The notes: generated from the sequence alone by a model not told the origin. A stretch of DNA of 33,506 nt from Bacilli bacterium (GCA_045634565.1 JAZRAM010000107.1:1-33506), one strand, 5' to 3'; counted from the stretch's first letter, positions 1 to 10,416 are shown. Made by a program: numbers and translations.

Positions 1-1333
1 CACTCATTATATCATCATTTTCTGTTATATATAATATATTATCATTGTATCCACATATAAACCCTATTTGATAATTTTCATAATCATCAACTCTATTTAT
101 TTCTTTTTTAGTTATCAATATAGTTTGCTGTCTAGGATCTACAAACTGATTATTAGAACATATAAAATAGTAATCTTCTTTTGGGTTAAACTTATAAACA
201 TCTGTGATAGTTTTTTTCCATATGTTTCTAACAATTAAACCTAGCGCCTTATTTAATTCTTTCAAATCACAATCAGGTTCTTTTATTTTATTAAAAATAT
301 ATTCTATTATATTTTTACTTTCTTCATCTAATTTATCCATATAATTAGCAGTTATATAATCTAAAGATTTCTTTAAATTTTTAGAACCTACTTTTTCAAA
401 TATGAATTCTTCTTCTTTTTGCTTATCTATTATCTCTTGAATAAATAATTCCTCAAAATTAGCAATATAAGCTTTAAATCTTAATTCATCACTTAATATT
501 TCGTAAGTTTGTTTAGCATTATCATAACTTGCATCATCATAAGCAATTATTTTATTACAAAAATCTTTAAAATTTTCAAATTCTTCAATATGCTTACTTC
601 TATCTGGCATTATATCTTCTAAATATTGAATTTGTTCTTTGTATTTTAGTATCTCTTCATTTATTTTTTTATTTAGTATTTCCAATTTATCTTTTTTTTC
701 TAAATTAATTTTTCTTTCTTCTTCTATATTTAAGAGTCTTAATATCTCATTAATATATCCTTCTCTTTTGGTTTGGTTTTTTAAATCTTCATATATATCA
801 TCTTCAAAATTAGAACTAAACAACACTAAATCATTATATTTTTCTAATAATTCTTTCTTTGTTTCTTCTACTACATTTAAAGATTTAAAATAATTTATAC
901 TAAATTTAGCTTGTTTTTCATCATTGCTTTTAGTTATTTGTTTTAAATAATTCTTTACTATTCTATCTAATCTATCTTTTCTTCTATATATATTATCTAA
1001 AAGTAGCTTAATATTATTTGATTCATTTAAATCTGCTGTTAATATTTTTTTAGCATCTATATAACTATATAAATCAAACATATCTTCTAAATATTCATAT
1101 ATATTATCAGGTAAATCTTCATATTTTAATGTATCTATGTCGTGATATCTCTTATGATTTTCATCTCTTAATTTTGTTAGCTTAATTGACTCTTCAAATT
1201 CATCTTGCGAATCTTCTGTACCTATTATTTGATATAACATTTCAATATCTTTATTTAAATCTATATCAGTAAAATAATCACTAAAAAAGGCATTAGTATT
1301 ATCTAATGTTTGATTGTCATTAACATTTTCCAT
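1..1333 (-). CDS. Hypothetical acidic, helical protein (>444 aa, runs off the left edge; not in the ORF track)
   Basis: ATG at 1333 with SD GAGGTG. Translates MENVNDNQTLDNTNAFFSDYF..., and the same frame reads ...YNDNILYITENDDIMS at the window edge. No motif recognised. Confidence 0.85.
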   Translation of the reverse strand, partial: MENVNDNQTLDNTNAFFSDYFTDIDLNKDIEMLYQIIGTEDSQDEFEESIKLTKLRDENHKRYHDIDTLKYEDLPDNIYEYLEDMFDLYSYIDAKKILTADLNESNNIKLLLDNIYRRKDRLDRIVKNYLKQITKSNDEKQAKFSINYFKSLNVVEETKKELLEKYNDLVLFSSNFEDDIYEDLKNQTKREGYINEILRLLNIEEERKINLEKKDKLEILNKKINEEILKYKEQIQYLEDIMPDRSKHIEEFENFKDFCNKIIAYDDASYDNAKQTYEILSDELRFKAYIANFEELFIQEIIDKQKEEEFIFEKVGSKNLKKSLDYITANYMDKLDEESKNIIEYIFNKIKEPDCDLKELNKALGLIVRNIWKKTITDVYKFNPKEDYYFICSNNQFVDPRQQTILITKKEINRVDDYENYQIGFICGYNDNILYITENDDIMS

Positions 1334-1358
1334 AGCAACACCTCTTTATTCTATAGAT

Positions 1359-1387
1359 ATTTTACCACATTAATTATTTTTTTACAA
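1359..1387 (-). promoter_or_regulatory. sigmaA-type promoter of the left-edge gene
   Basis: TTGTAA (1387-1382), 17 bp spacer, TAAAAT (1364-1359), with a TG extended -10. Confidence 0.6.
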
Positions 1388-1388
1388 T

Positions 1389-1416
1389 AAAAGAAGATAA
1401 TTATTCATTATCTTCT
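1389..1416 (-). terminator. Intrinsic terminator of ftsH
   Basis: AGAAGATAAT/ATTATCTTCT 10-bp stem overlapping the ftsH stop, followed by a T run on the minus strand. Confidence 0.6.
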
Positions 1417-3428
1417 AAAGATTTAATTAATTCATCTTTTTTCATTTTACTAACATTCTTAATGTTTTTTTCTTTAGCTAAATCTTTTAACTCTTCAACT
1501 GTTAAATCTGAAAGTGTTGCTTCTTTATAATTAGTTAAATCAACTTCTCCATCTTCATCTGGCATACATCCATTTTTTACTAAATAATCAATTTGTTCTT
1601 TAGTAATAGTTTCATGCTCTAAAAGTGTATTAGCTATTAAATCCAGTAAATCTCTATTGTCTTTTAATATTTTTTGGGTTCTTTCATAACACTCATTTAT
1701 TATTTTTCTTTGAGCTTGATCTATTTCAAAAGCAACTTGACTAGAGAAATTACGACTCTTATTATAATCTCTACCTAAGAATACGCTTGATTCTTGGTGT
1801 TCGAATTGGATTGGTCCTAAATCACTCATACCATATTCTGTAACCATTGAACGAGCTATTTTAGTAGCTTTTTCAAAGTCGTTGTGTGCTCCTGTTGTTA
1901 CTTCTTTAAATACTATTTCTTCAGCAACACGTCCACCTAATAAACCACTTATTGTTTCTAGTAATTCTTTCTTAGTAGAAAGGAATGTTTCTTCACGTGG
2001 TAACATTAAGTTATATCCACCAGCTTGACCTCTTGGTATAATAGTTATTTTTTGTACTTCATTAGCGCCTTCTAACTTAATACCAACAACAGCATGACCA
2101 GCTTCGTGGTAAGCAACAAGTCTCTTTTCTTTTTCAGTATATTTCTTAGTTACCTTAGCAGGTCCCATCAATACTCTATCGTGAGCTTCATCAATTTCAG
2201 CCATTGTTATAGCAGGTTTCTTTCTTCTAACAGTAAGCAAAGCAGCTTCATTAAGTAAGTTTTCTAAGTCTGCTCCACTAAATCCTACAGTTCTTTTTGC
2301 TATATTTTCTAGTTTTACACCTTTAGCAAAAGTTTTACCTTTAGCATGTACTCCTAAGATTTCTTCTCTACCTTTAACATCTGGTAAATTAACAGTAATT
2401 TGTCTATCGAATCTTCCAGGTCTAAGTAAAGCTGGATCAAGTACGTCAGGTCTATTTGTAGCAGCTATAACGATTATGCCTTCGTTAGCTCCAAATCCAT
2501 CCATCTCAGTAAGTAATTGATTTAGAGTTTGTTCTCTTTCATCATGTCCTCCACCAAGACCAGTTCCTCTTTGACGTCCAACTGCATCAATTTCATCTAT
2601 AAATATTAAACAAGGCGCATTTTGTTTTGCTTGTTTAAACATATCTCTAACTCTTGAAGCACCTACACCTACAAATAGTTCAACAAAGTCAGAACCACTT
2701 ATAAAGTAGAAAGGAACATTAGCTTCACCAGCAACTGCTTTAGCAAGTAATGTTTTACCAGTTCCTGGAGGACCTACTAATAATACACCTTTAGGTATTC
2801 TAGCACCCATTTTTTGGAATTTCTTAGGTTCTTTTAAGAAATCTATAAGTTCTTGAACTTCTTCTTTTTCTTCTGTTAAACCTGCAACTTTATCAAATTT
2901 AACTTTATCTTTATCACTAGTAAGACGAGCTCTACTTCTTCCAAAATCCATAGATTTATTTGCTCCACCCATTTGTTTAGCAATAAAGAAGTATCCTACA
3001 CCAAGTAATAATATAATTGGTAATACATTTACTAAGAATAATACAAACCAACTAGAACCAGGATCTTTAGCAACCTTAACTTCTACACCTTTGTATTCTT
3101 TTCCAGTTGCTTCTATTTCTTTTTTATTTTCTTCTTGTATATCATATATTTGTTTTAATGTTTCTTCACTGTAAGTTGCAGTAGCAACAAATGATTCATT
3201 CTCATTATATCCATCAATTTTTCCTGTTATAGAATATACACCTTGACTACTATTTGGAGTAATTGTTAATTCTGTTACTTTATTATTATCTAATTCAGCT
3301 AAAAATTCACTATAAGTTAAATCATTAACTTTTGTATTTAAAACATTTATAAAGTAAAATACTCCTAATATTATTGCGAATAAAAATATATATGAAAATA
3401 AACTTCTTTTAACAACTCTCTTGTCCAT
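1401..3428 (-). CDS. ftsH: ATP-dependent zinc metalloprotease FtsH with a C-terminal Rho_N-like helical tail
   Basis: Two N-terminal TM segments, Walker A GPPGTGKT, Walker [29 protein letters not shown], zinc motif HEAGH. Confidence 0.98.
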   Translation of the reverse strand: MDKRVVKRSLFSYIFLFAIILGVFYFINVLNTKVNDLTYSEFLAELDNNKVTELTITPNSSQGVYSITGKIDGYNENESFVATATYSEETLKQIYDIQEENKKEIEATGKEYKGVEVKVAKDPGSSWFVLFLVNVLPIILLLGVGYFFIAKQMGGANKSMDFGRSRARLTSDKDKVKFDKVAGLTEEKEEVQELIDFLKEPKKFQKMGARIPKGVLLVGPPGTGKTLLAKAVAGEANVPFYFISGSDFVELFVGVGASRVRDMFKQAKQNAPCLIFIDEIDAVGRQRGTGLGGGHDEREQTLNQLLTEMDGFGANEGIIVIAATNRPDVLDPALLRPGRFDRQITVNLPDVKGREEILGVHAKGKTFAKGVKLENIAKRTVGFSGADLENLLNEAALLTVRRKKPAITMAEIDEAHDRVLMGPAKVTKKYTEKEKRLVAYHEAGHAVVGIKLEGANEVQKITIIPRGQAGGYNLMLPREETFLSTKKELLETISGLLGGRVAEEIVFKEVTTGAHNDFEKATKIARSMVTEYGMSDLGPIQFEHQESSVFLGRDYNKSRNFSSQVAFEIDQAQRKIINECYERTQKILKDNRDLLDLIANTLLEHETITKEQIDYLVKNGCMPDEDGEVDLTNYKEATLSDLTVEELKDLAKEKNIKNVSKMKKDELIKSLEDNE

Positions 3429-3440
3429 TATATCTCTCCT

Positions 3441-4757
3441 TTAATCATACTTTAATATTATATCATATTTTCCTTGTTTTTTCATGTCAAAATTAGATTT
3501 TTTTACTCCGGGTATCCAAATTATTTCACCATTATCATCAGTCACAATAGGGTAATTATCCCTTAATTCCTTTGATATCTTAGAATCTATGAATATGTCA
3601 CTAACCTTTTTAGTGCCTGACATATTCTTTACACTCATTCTTTCTCCGACTTTATAATTCCTAACATGAAAAGGCAATTTAATATCTTTACTATTTAAAT
3701 GAATTACATAATTACTAGTTAAAGTAGTCTCATTATCAACAACAATCTTTTTACCATTAGGTAATTCTATATAATCCGTAAATTCATATTCATAATCTTC
3801 AACTTTTGTTAATTCACTCATCTTAAACTTATTATATTCTATTATACCTTTTTTATTATGTGGTAAATCAAATATAGTATTTATATTACTTTCTAAATAT
3901 TCAAGAATAATGCTTATATGTCTATTATCTATTAAAGTAATGTTACCTTTATAAATATCTTTTAAATATTTTTCTAAGATATTTACTTTTATAATTTTAT
4001 CTAATTCATTAAACTTATCAATTATAATTGATTTATTAATTACTACATCATTATATTTTTTTTCTGTTTCTTTTACTATAAAATCATTAGCCATCAATAA
4101 TTTTTTATTAAAATCAACAAACTTTAAATGCACATTACTATTCTCATTTTTTAATTCAGGTAATATATTTTTTCTATATCTATTTCTAGTATATTTTGTA
4201 TCTCCGTTTGACATATCAACTGCATACCACATATCTTTTCTATCTAATTCTTCTACTATTTCTTGTTTTGTTAAATAAATAAGTGGTCTTGCGATTTTAT
4301 AACCTCTATCATTTGAAATGCTTTCAAATCCTGCATAACCTTTTAAACTAGATCCCCTAGTTAATCTCATTAAAATAGTCTCAATTAAGTCATCTCCATG
4401 GTGCGCTGTAAAGAGAGTGTCAGCCTTATACTTACTAACGATCTCATCAAAAAAATCATATCTAATTTTTCTAGCTACTTCTTCACTAAACTTACCATTT
4501 GGATATTCTTCTATTTTTTTCATCTCAAAAACTAAATTATTCTCAACGCAAAACTTCTCTACCTCAATAGCTTCATAATCACTTTCTTTTCTCAAATTAT
4601 GATGTACGTGAGCAACTACTATTTTTATATTCAACTTTTCTTTCAAACTCATTAAAACATCTAAAAGCAACATTGAATCTGGCCCACCACTAATAGCAGC
4701 TACAACAGTAGTATTTTTTATATTTAATTTTTCTATAAACTTATACACATAGTTCAT
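3441..4757 (-). CDS. tilS: tRNA(Ile)-lysidine synthetase
   Basis: PP-loop SGGPDS, HVHHNLR, TAHHGDD, RNRYR; adjacent to ftsH. Confidence 0.96.
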   Translation of the reverse strand: MNYVYKFIEKLNIKNTTVVAAISGGPDSMLLLDVLMSLKEKLNIKIVVAHVHHNLRKESDYEAIEVEKFCVENNLVFEMKKIEEYPNGKFSEEVARKIRYDFFDEIVSKYKADTLFTAHHGDDLIETILMRLTRGSSLKGYAGFESISNDRGYKIARPLIYLTKQEIVEELDRKDMWYAVDMSNGDTKYTRNRYRKNILPELKNENSNVHLKFVDFNKKLLMANDFIVKETEKKYNDVVINKSIIIDKFNELDKIIKVNILEKYLKDIYKGNITLIDNRHISIILEYLESNINTIFDLPHNKKGIIEYNKFKMSELTKVEDYEYEFTDYIELPNGKKIVVDNETTLTSNYVIHLNSKDIKLPFHVRNYKVGERMSVKNMSGTKKVSDIFIDSKISKELRDNYPIVTDDNGEIIWIPGVKKSNFDMKKQGKYDIILKYD

Positions 4758-4774
4758 AAAACCACCTGTTAAAT

Positions 4775-4803
4775 ATTTTATTATAAAATCCTTTTTATAT
4801 CAA
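4775..4803 (-). promoter_or_regulatory. Putative sigmaA promoter of tilS-ftsH
   Basis: TTGATA (4803-4798), 17 bp spacer, TAAAAT (4780-4775). Confidence 0.45.
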
Positions 4804-4853
4804 TACTTTTCACACAATATACACAAAAACTCATAGATTATAATCATTTTTTA

Positions 4854-4862
4854 TGATATAAT
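4854..4862 (+). promoter_or_regulatory. Extended -10 promoter of the racemase-ligase-asnB operon
   Basis: TATG-A-TATAAT (TGnTATAAT) about 50 bp upstream of ATG 4912. Confidence 0.55.
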
Positions 4863-4911
4863 AAATATACACAAAATATTTGTGATTCTTATAATTTCAA
4901 AGGAGGATATT

Positions 4912-6099
4912 ATGCATAGAGAAACCTATATAGAAATTAATATAGATAAATTGTGCCATAATGTTAATAATATTATCGAAACATTTAACGATTATCAATA
5001 TTATATAGGAGTTGTTAAAGGAAATGCCTATGGTCATGGAGAATATATTTCAAAATATATTATTGAAAATGGTATAAACTATTTAGCTGTAGCTACACTA
5101 GATGAAGCTTTAAATGTTAGAAAATATGTAGATAAAAGTTTTCCTATTCTATGTTTACAACCAATAGATTTAAATCATATCAAAGAAATCATTGATAATA
5201 ATATAACAATGTGTGTTAGTGATATAGAATATTTTAATAATTTAAAAAATACAGAAACAAATACACCCATTAAGTTTCACCTAAAACTAAATACAGGTAT
5301 GAATAGACTTGGTATAAGTAATCCAAATGAAGTTAAACAAATCTTTGAAGATACCAAAGATTGTAATAATTTAATTTTTGAAGGAATATTTACTCACTTA
5401 TCTAGTTCTGGTGTTTATGATTCTTTATATGATGAACAAATTAAACGTTTTAAAGAATTAACTGAACAAATAGATTTATCTAAAATTAAAATTGTTCATA
5501 TAGGTAGAAGTACTACTTTAGATTTTCATCAAAAATTAGATTTTTGTAATGGTGTAAGAATTGGCATTATGTTGTATGGTATTAGCTCAACATTCCCTAG
5601 TAATAATGGAATTAAAGCTAAACTAAGAAACCTAAAATATTCGTATATTAGAAATAAAAATAAATTATCTATACCTAATAAAGAATGTAAAACTGATTTA
5701 AAACAATGTTTAACTTTAAAAAGTAAGGTTATAGATGTTCAAAGTATTAAAATTGGAGATCAAGTTGGATATGGATGTAACAACAGAATGACAAAAAATG
5801 GATTAGTTGCCACTATTCCTATTGGATATTCTGATGGGTTACTTACAAACTATAAAAACTTTTATGTTAAAATTAAAAATAAAAAGTTTTTCGTTACAGG
5901 ATCAATAAATATGGGGATGATATCTGTTTTAATTGACGAAAGTGTTAAAGTGGGAGATGTTGTAACAATTATAGATGAAAATGATAATTATAAAAAAATA
6001 GCTAGTTTTTTCAATGTATCTCCTTATGTACTAATGACTAGTTTAAACAAGAATATTCCACGTATTTATATTAAAGATAACAAAATAGTAAAGGAATGA
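4912..6099 (+). CDS. alr: PLP-dependent alanine-racemase-family amino acid racemase (divergent; substrate uncertain)
   Basis: VVKGNAYGHG (PLP lysine), HLKLNTGMNRLG, RIGIMLYG, VGYG (catalytic Tyr), IGYSDG. Start moved to ATG 4912, which follows SD AGGAGG. Confidence 0.85.
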   Translation: MHRETYIEINIDKLCHNVNNIIETFNDYQYYIGVVKGNAYGHGEYISKYIIENGINYLAVATLDEALNVRKYVDKSFPILCLQPIDLNHIKEIIDNNITMCVSDIEYFNNLKNTETNTPIKFHLKLNTGMNRLGISNPNEVKQIFEDTKDCNNLIFEGIFTHLSSSGVYDSLYDEQIKRFKELTEQIDLSKIKIVHIGRSTTLDFHQKLDFCNGVRIGIMLYGISSTFPSNNGIKAKLRNLKYSYIRNKNKLSIPNKECKTDLKQCLTLKSKVIDVQSIKIGDQVGYGCNNRMTKNGLVATIPIGYSDGLLTNYKNFYVKIKNKKFFVTGSINMGMISVLIDESVKVGDVVTIIDENDNYKKIASFFNVSPYVLMTSLNKNIPRIYIKDNKIVKE

Positions 6100-6103
6100 T
6101 AAT

Positions 6104-7327
6104 ATGGATTTTGATGTTGTATTAGTTGGAACTGATATAAACGCTTATTACATGGCTCGTAATTTCTATGAAGCTTATAATATTAAACCATATGTAGTTG
6201 GCAGAGTTCCTATGAAATTTACATCCCTTTCTAAAATATTAAAATTAAAAATTGAAGAAGATTTATTAAATGAAGAAACTTTTGTAAATACGTTAATAGA
6301 TTTATCTAAAAAAATAAATAAAGAAAAAATTATATTGATCGGTTGTACTGATGATTATGTTTCTTTAATTATTAAAAATAAGAAAAAATTAAAAGATTAT
6401 TTCTTATTTAATTATGTTGATGATGATTTATTAGAAAAATTAGTTAACAAAGAAAAGTTTTATTTTTCTTTTAAAGACTTTGATTTAGATTTACCAAAAA
6501 CATATATTTATAATTTAAATACTAGTTTGAATAGTTTAAATAAAACAATTAAAGATTTTATGTATCCTTTAATTATTAAACCTAGTAATGTAGTTGAATA
6601 TCATGTACATTCTTTTGAAGGAATGTCAAAAGTTTATAAACTAAATAATTTTGAAGAAGTAGAAAAATGTTTAACAGATATTAAAAATAGTGGTTATAGT
6701 GATAGTGTTATTATACAAGAGTTTATTCCTGGTGATGATACTTTATTATTTGATTCAGTGTTTTACTGTTCAAGTAAAGGTGAATGTCAATTACAATCTT
6801 TTGGACAAATAGGTCTTCAAGAACATACAAAAACTGGTATAGGAAACTTAACCGTTGTTATTAACGGTTATAATGAGTTTAATAATACCGAAATAATTCA
6901 AGAGAAATTAAAAGCTTTCTTAGAAAAAATTGAGTTTAAGGGTGCTTGTGAATTTGATTTAAAATACGATGTTAGGGATAATAAATTCAAAGTTTTTGAA
7001 ATAAATCCTAGACAAGCAAGAAGTAGTTATTATTTAACAAAATGTGGGCATAATTTAGCTACCTATTTTGTTGATGATTTAATTTATAATAAAAATAAAG
7101 ATTTCTCTTTTACACAAAAACAAGTATTACTTTCTTTTGTTCCAAAGTTTGTTGCTAGAAAATATATCACTAACAAAATATATAGAAAGCAAGTATTTAA
7201 ATTATGGAAAAAAGAAACATTTACAGATCCTTTAATATGTAAAAAAGATTTATCTTTAAAAAGATTAGTTTGGTTATTTTTAAGAAAAATAAATTATATT
7301 ATAAAATACAATAAAAACAATTGGTAA
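6104..7327 (+). CDS. ATP-grasp carboxylate-amine ligase, D-aspartate ligase (Aslfm/AslA-like)
   Basis: GTDINAYYMARNFYEAY N-terminus, YPLIIKPSN, IIQEFIPGDD, EFDLKYD, FEINPRQARSSYY, typical of the D-Asp ligase family. Confidence 0.8.
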   Translation: MDFDVVLVGTDINAYYMARNFYEAYNIKPYVVGRVPMKFTSLSKILKLKIEEDLLNEETFVNTLIDLSKKINKEKIILIGCTDDYVSLIIKNKKKLKDYFLFNYVDDDLLEKLVNKEKFYFSFKDFDLDLPKTYIYNLNTSLNSLNKTIKDFMYPLIIKPSNVVEYHVHSFEGMSKVYKLNNFEEVEKCLTDIKNSGYSDSVIIQEFIPGDDTLLFDSVFYCSSKGECQLQSFGQIGLQEHTKTGIGNLTVVINGYNEFNNTEIIQEKLKAFLEKIEFKGACEFDLKYDVRDNKFKVFEINPRQARSSYYLTKCGHNLATYFVDDLIYNKNKDFSFTQKQVLLSFVPKFVARKYITNKIYRKQVFKLWKKETFTDPLICKKDLSLKRLVWLFLRKINYIIKYNKNNW

Positions 7328-7339
7328 TGGAGGCAGAAT

Positions 7340-9175
7340 ATGTGTGGTTTTGTAGGATTTATAGATAAAAATAATAAAAAAGATAAAAAGAAAATAATAA
7401 AAGATATGGCAGATTCTATAATACATAGAGGTCCTGATAGTGAGGGTTATTTTACTGATGAAAATATAGCTATGGGATTTAGAAGACTATCTATTATAGA
7501 TTTAAAATCTGGTAGTCAACCAATATTCAATCAAAAAAAGGATATGGTTATTACTTTTAATGGTGAAATATATAACTTTAAAGAAATTAGAAAAGATTTA
7601 GAAGATAAGGGTTATAAGTTCAAAACTAAATGTGATACAGAAGTTATTCTATTAGGTTATGAAGAATACGGTGTAAAAATATTAGAAAAACTTAGAGGTA
7701 TGTTTAGTTTTATAATCTATGATATAAAGAAAAAAGAATTATTTGGAGCTAGAGACTTCTTTGGAATTAAACCATTATATTATTGTAAGCAAAAAGATTT
7801 ATTTATGGTAGGTTCTGAAATTAAAAGTTTCTTAAAACATCCAGATTTCAAAAAAGAACTTAATAAAAACGCTTTAAAACCTTATCTTACTTTCCAATAT
7901 TCTTGTTTAAATGAAACTTTCTTTAAAGATGTATTTAAATTAGATCCAGGACACTATTTTAAATATAAAAACAATAAATTAACGATAAATAAATATTTTG
8001 AATATACATATGAAAATAATAGTAAAGACTCAATTGAAGAACTTGTTGATAAAATAAATGAAACAATGGCTTCTAGTATTGAATATCACAAAGTAAGTGA
8101 TGTGGAAATTGGTTCATTTTTATCATCAGGTGTTGATTCATCTTATATAGTTAGTTGTGCAGATGTAGATAAAACTTATACTGTAGGGTTTAAAACAGAT
8201 GGTTTTGATGAAACAGAACCTGCAAGAGAATTATCTAAAATGTTAAATAAAAAACATAAATCAAAAATTATAACTGCTGATATGTTTTTTAAAGAATTAC
8301 CTAATGTACAATATTATTCAGATGAACCACATGCTAACCTTTCTGCAGTACCACTTTACTTCTTATCTCAAATGGCTAGTAAAGATGTAAAAGTTGTATT
8401 GTCTGGTGAAGGTGCAGATGAATTATTTGGTGGATATGGAGAATATTACGAATCTGATTTTGTTAAAAATTATAAAAAAATACCTTATTGTATTAGACAC
8501 TCATTAGCTCGTATAGCTAAACGTATACCTAAAATGAAAGGTAGAAACTTCCTTGTTAGAAACGGTATGCCTCTTTATGATCATTATATCGGTCAAGCAT
8601 TCATAATGGATAATGAAGAAGCAAATAATTTATTAACTGATAATTATAAATCAGCTATTACTTATCAAGATATAGTAAAAGAATCTTTAAGTAATGTTAA
8701 AAACAAAAATGAAATTGTTCAAAAAATGTATTTAGATATGAACTTTTGGTTACCTTATGACATATTGCTTAAAGCAGATAAAATGACTATGGCAAGTTCA
8801 TTAGAATTAAGAGTTCCTTTCTTAGATAAAGAAGTTTTCAAATTAGCTTCTACTATTCCAACTAAATATTTAATAAACGGAAATGTCACTAAATATGCAT
8901 TTAGAAAAGCAGCTGACAAAAAAATTCCTGAAGAATGGGCTAAAAGAAAAAAACTTGGATTCTTAGTTCCTTTTAGAAATTGGATTAAAGAAGATAAATA
9001 TTATAACATTGTAAAAAAATCATTTAATGAAGAATGGGTTAAAGAGTTTTTTGACTTATCAAAAATCAACAAATTATTAGATGATCATTATAATAATATA
9101 AATAACAACGCAAGAAAAATATATACCATCTACGCATTTCTTATTTGGTATAAAACTTATTTTATTGAAAATTAA
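7340..9175 (+). CDS. asnB: Asparagine synthase (glutamine-hydrolysing), likely an AsnH-type peptidoglycan amidotransferase
   Basis: Ntn Cys MCGFVG, HRGPD, RRLSIID, NGEIYN, LSSGVDSS, LSGEGADELFGGY, ELRVPFLD. SD GGAGG. Confidence 0.93.
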   Translation: MCGFVGFIDKNNKKDKKKIIKDMADSIIHRGPDSEGYFTDENIAMGFRRLSIIDLKSGSQPIFNQKKDMVITFNGEIYNFKEIRKDLEDKGYKFKTKCDTEVILLGYEEYGVKILEKLRGMFSFIIYDIKKKELFGARDFFGIKPLYYCKQKDLFMVGSEIKSFLKHPDFKKELNKNALKPYLTFQYSCLNETFFKDVFKLDPGHYFKYKNNKLTINKYFEYTYENNSKDSIEELVDKINETMASSIEYHKVSDVEIGSFLSSGVDSSYIVSCADVDKTYTVGFKTDGFDETEPARELSKMLNKKHKSKIITADMFFKELPNVQYYSDEPHANLSAVPLYFLSQMASKDVKVVLSGEGADELFGGYGEYYESDFVKNYKKIPYCIRHSLARIAKRIPKMKGRNFLVRNGMPLYDHYIGQAFIMDNEEANNLLTDNYKSAITYQDIVKESLSNVKNKNEIVQKMYLDMNFWLPYDILLKADKMTMASSLELRVPFLDKEVFKLASTIPTKYLINGNVTKYAFRKAADKKIPEEWAKRKKLGFLVPFRNWIKEDKYYNIVKKSFNEEWVKEFFDLSKINKLLDDHYNNINNNARKIYTIYAFLIWYKTYFIEN

Positions 9176-9199
9176 AACAAGATATAAATCTTGTTTTTT
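9174..9199. terminator. Bidirectional terminator between convergent asnB and rlmH
   Basis: AAAACAAGAT-ATAA-ATCTTGTTTT followed by additional T residues. Confidence 0.75.
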
Positions 9200-9655
9200 T
9201 TATTTATGATATGACTCATTATTATTTATTTTAAATGTTCTATATATTTGTTCTAACAAATTAACTCTAAACAATTGATGTGGAAAAGTTAATTTAGAAA
9301 AAGATAATTTATAATTACTTCTATTTTTTATATCTTGATGAATTCCATTAGAACCGCCAATTATAAAAGTTATAGTTGAGCTAGTATTAAATATACTATC
9401 TATTTTTTTAGCAAATTCAACACTGCTTAACATATTTCCTTCTATTTCTAAAGTAATTACAAAATCTTTAGTATCTATATATTTTTCTATCAATTCTTTT
9501 TCTTTTAAAAGAGTTATATCAATACTAGGATTATCTACATCATTAACTTCAATAATTTCAAGTTTTGTATATTTAGATAATCTTTTTTTATATTCTTCTA
9601 TAGCATCTCTCAAATATTTTTCTTTTATTTTTCCTACACAAATTACTTTTATCAT
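9200..9655 (-). CDS. rlmH: 23S rRNA pseudouridine(1915)-N3-methyltransferase
   Basis: VGKIKEKY, FIIGGSNG, LSFSKLTFPHQLFR, LEQIYR, YHK. Confidence 0.97.
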   Translation of the reverse strand: MIKVICVGKIKEKYLRDAIEEYKKRLSKYTKLEIIEVNDVDNPSIDITLLKEKELIEKYIDTKDFVITLEIEGNMLSSVEFAKKIDSIFNTSSTITFIIGGSNGIHQDIKNRSNYKLSFSKLTFPHQLFRVNLLEQIYRTFKINNNESYHK

Positions 9656-10416
9656 AATTCTATTAACTCCGTCATTTCATTTTGTCTTGCTATCATAATA
9701 TTATAAAAATTAATATTTTTTCTATCTAATGTTTCTCTTAAAGTCTCAAGAGCTAATTCTTCAGTATTATTTTGTTCACTTATATGAGCAAGTATTACAT
9801 ACTTAGTATTATCACCTATTAACCTACTTAAATAATAAGATGAATCTTTATTAGACAAATGTCCTTTATCACTTAATATTCTTATCTTCGTATAATGTGG
9901 ATACTTAGGATTATTCATAAGTTGTTCAACATCATGATTACTTTCAAATACATATAGATTTTTATTCTTTATATATTCAAAATTACCTTCATTTATATAA
10001 CCTGTATCTGTTATATATACCATAGAATTATTATTTTCTTCTATTACGTATCCCTTTATATCAGCAACATCGTGTGATAATCTTATTGATTTTATTTTAA
10101 TATCACTATCTATATTTATTTCTTCTTCACTACTAATATTTTCTATTTTTATGTTAGATTCCTTTAATATTTTTTCTGATATATATACTAGTGGATTATA
10201 TTTCTTTGAAAAAACTTTTATTCCAGCAACGTGATCTATATGAGCATGTGTTACTAAAACTATATCTATATCTTCTGGATTAACTCCAATAGACTTTAAA
10301 CTTTTTTCAACATATAAAGAACTTGTACCTATGTCTATTAACACTTTATGATTCTTTGTTTCAACATAGGTACAATTTCCTTTACTTCCACTTGATAAGA
10401 CACAAACTTTCATCAA
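9652..10416 (-). CDS. walJ: MBL-fold hydrolase YycJ/WalJ
   Basis: LSSGSKGN, THAHIDH, SHD, TDTG, ESNHD, GHLSN, LAHISEQNN; lies upstream of rlmH as in the wal locus. Confidence 0.88.
   Translation of the reverse strand: MMKVCVLSSGSKGNCTYVETKNHKVLIDIGTSSLYVEKSLKSIGVNPEDIDIVLVTHAHIDHVAGIKVFSKKYNPLVYISEKILKESNIKIENISSEEEINIDSDIKIKSIRLSHDVADIKGYVIEENNNSMVYITDTGYINEGNFEYIKNKNLYVFESNHDVEQLMNNPKYPHYTKIRILSDKGHLSNKDSSYYLSRLIGDNTKYVILAHISEQNNTEELALETLRETLDRKNINFYNIMIARQNEMTELIEL

Noticed and set aside
639-893. 84-aa + strand ORF
   Set aside because: Antisense shadow of the minus-strand gene 1-1333; Ser/Phe-rich with no SD.
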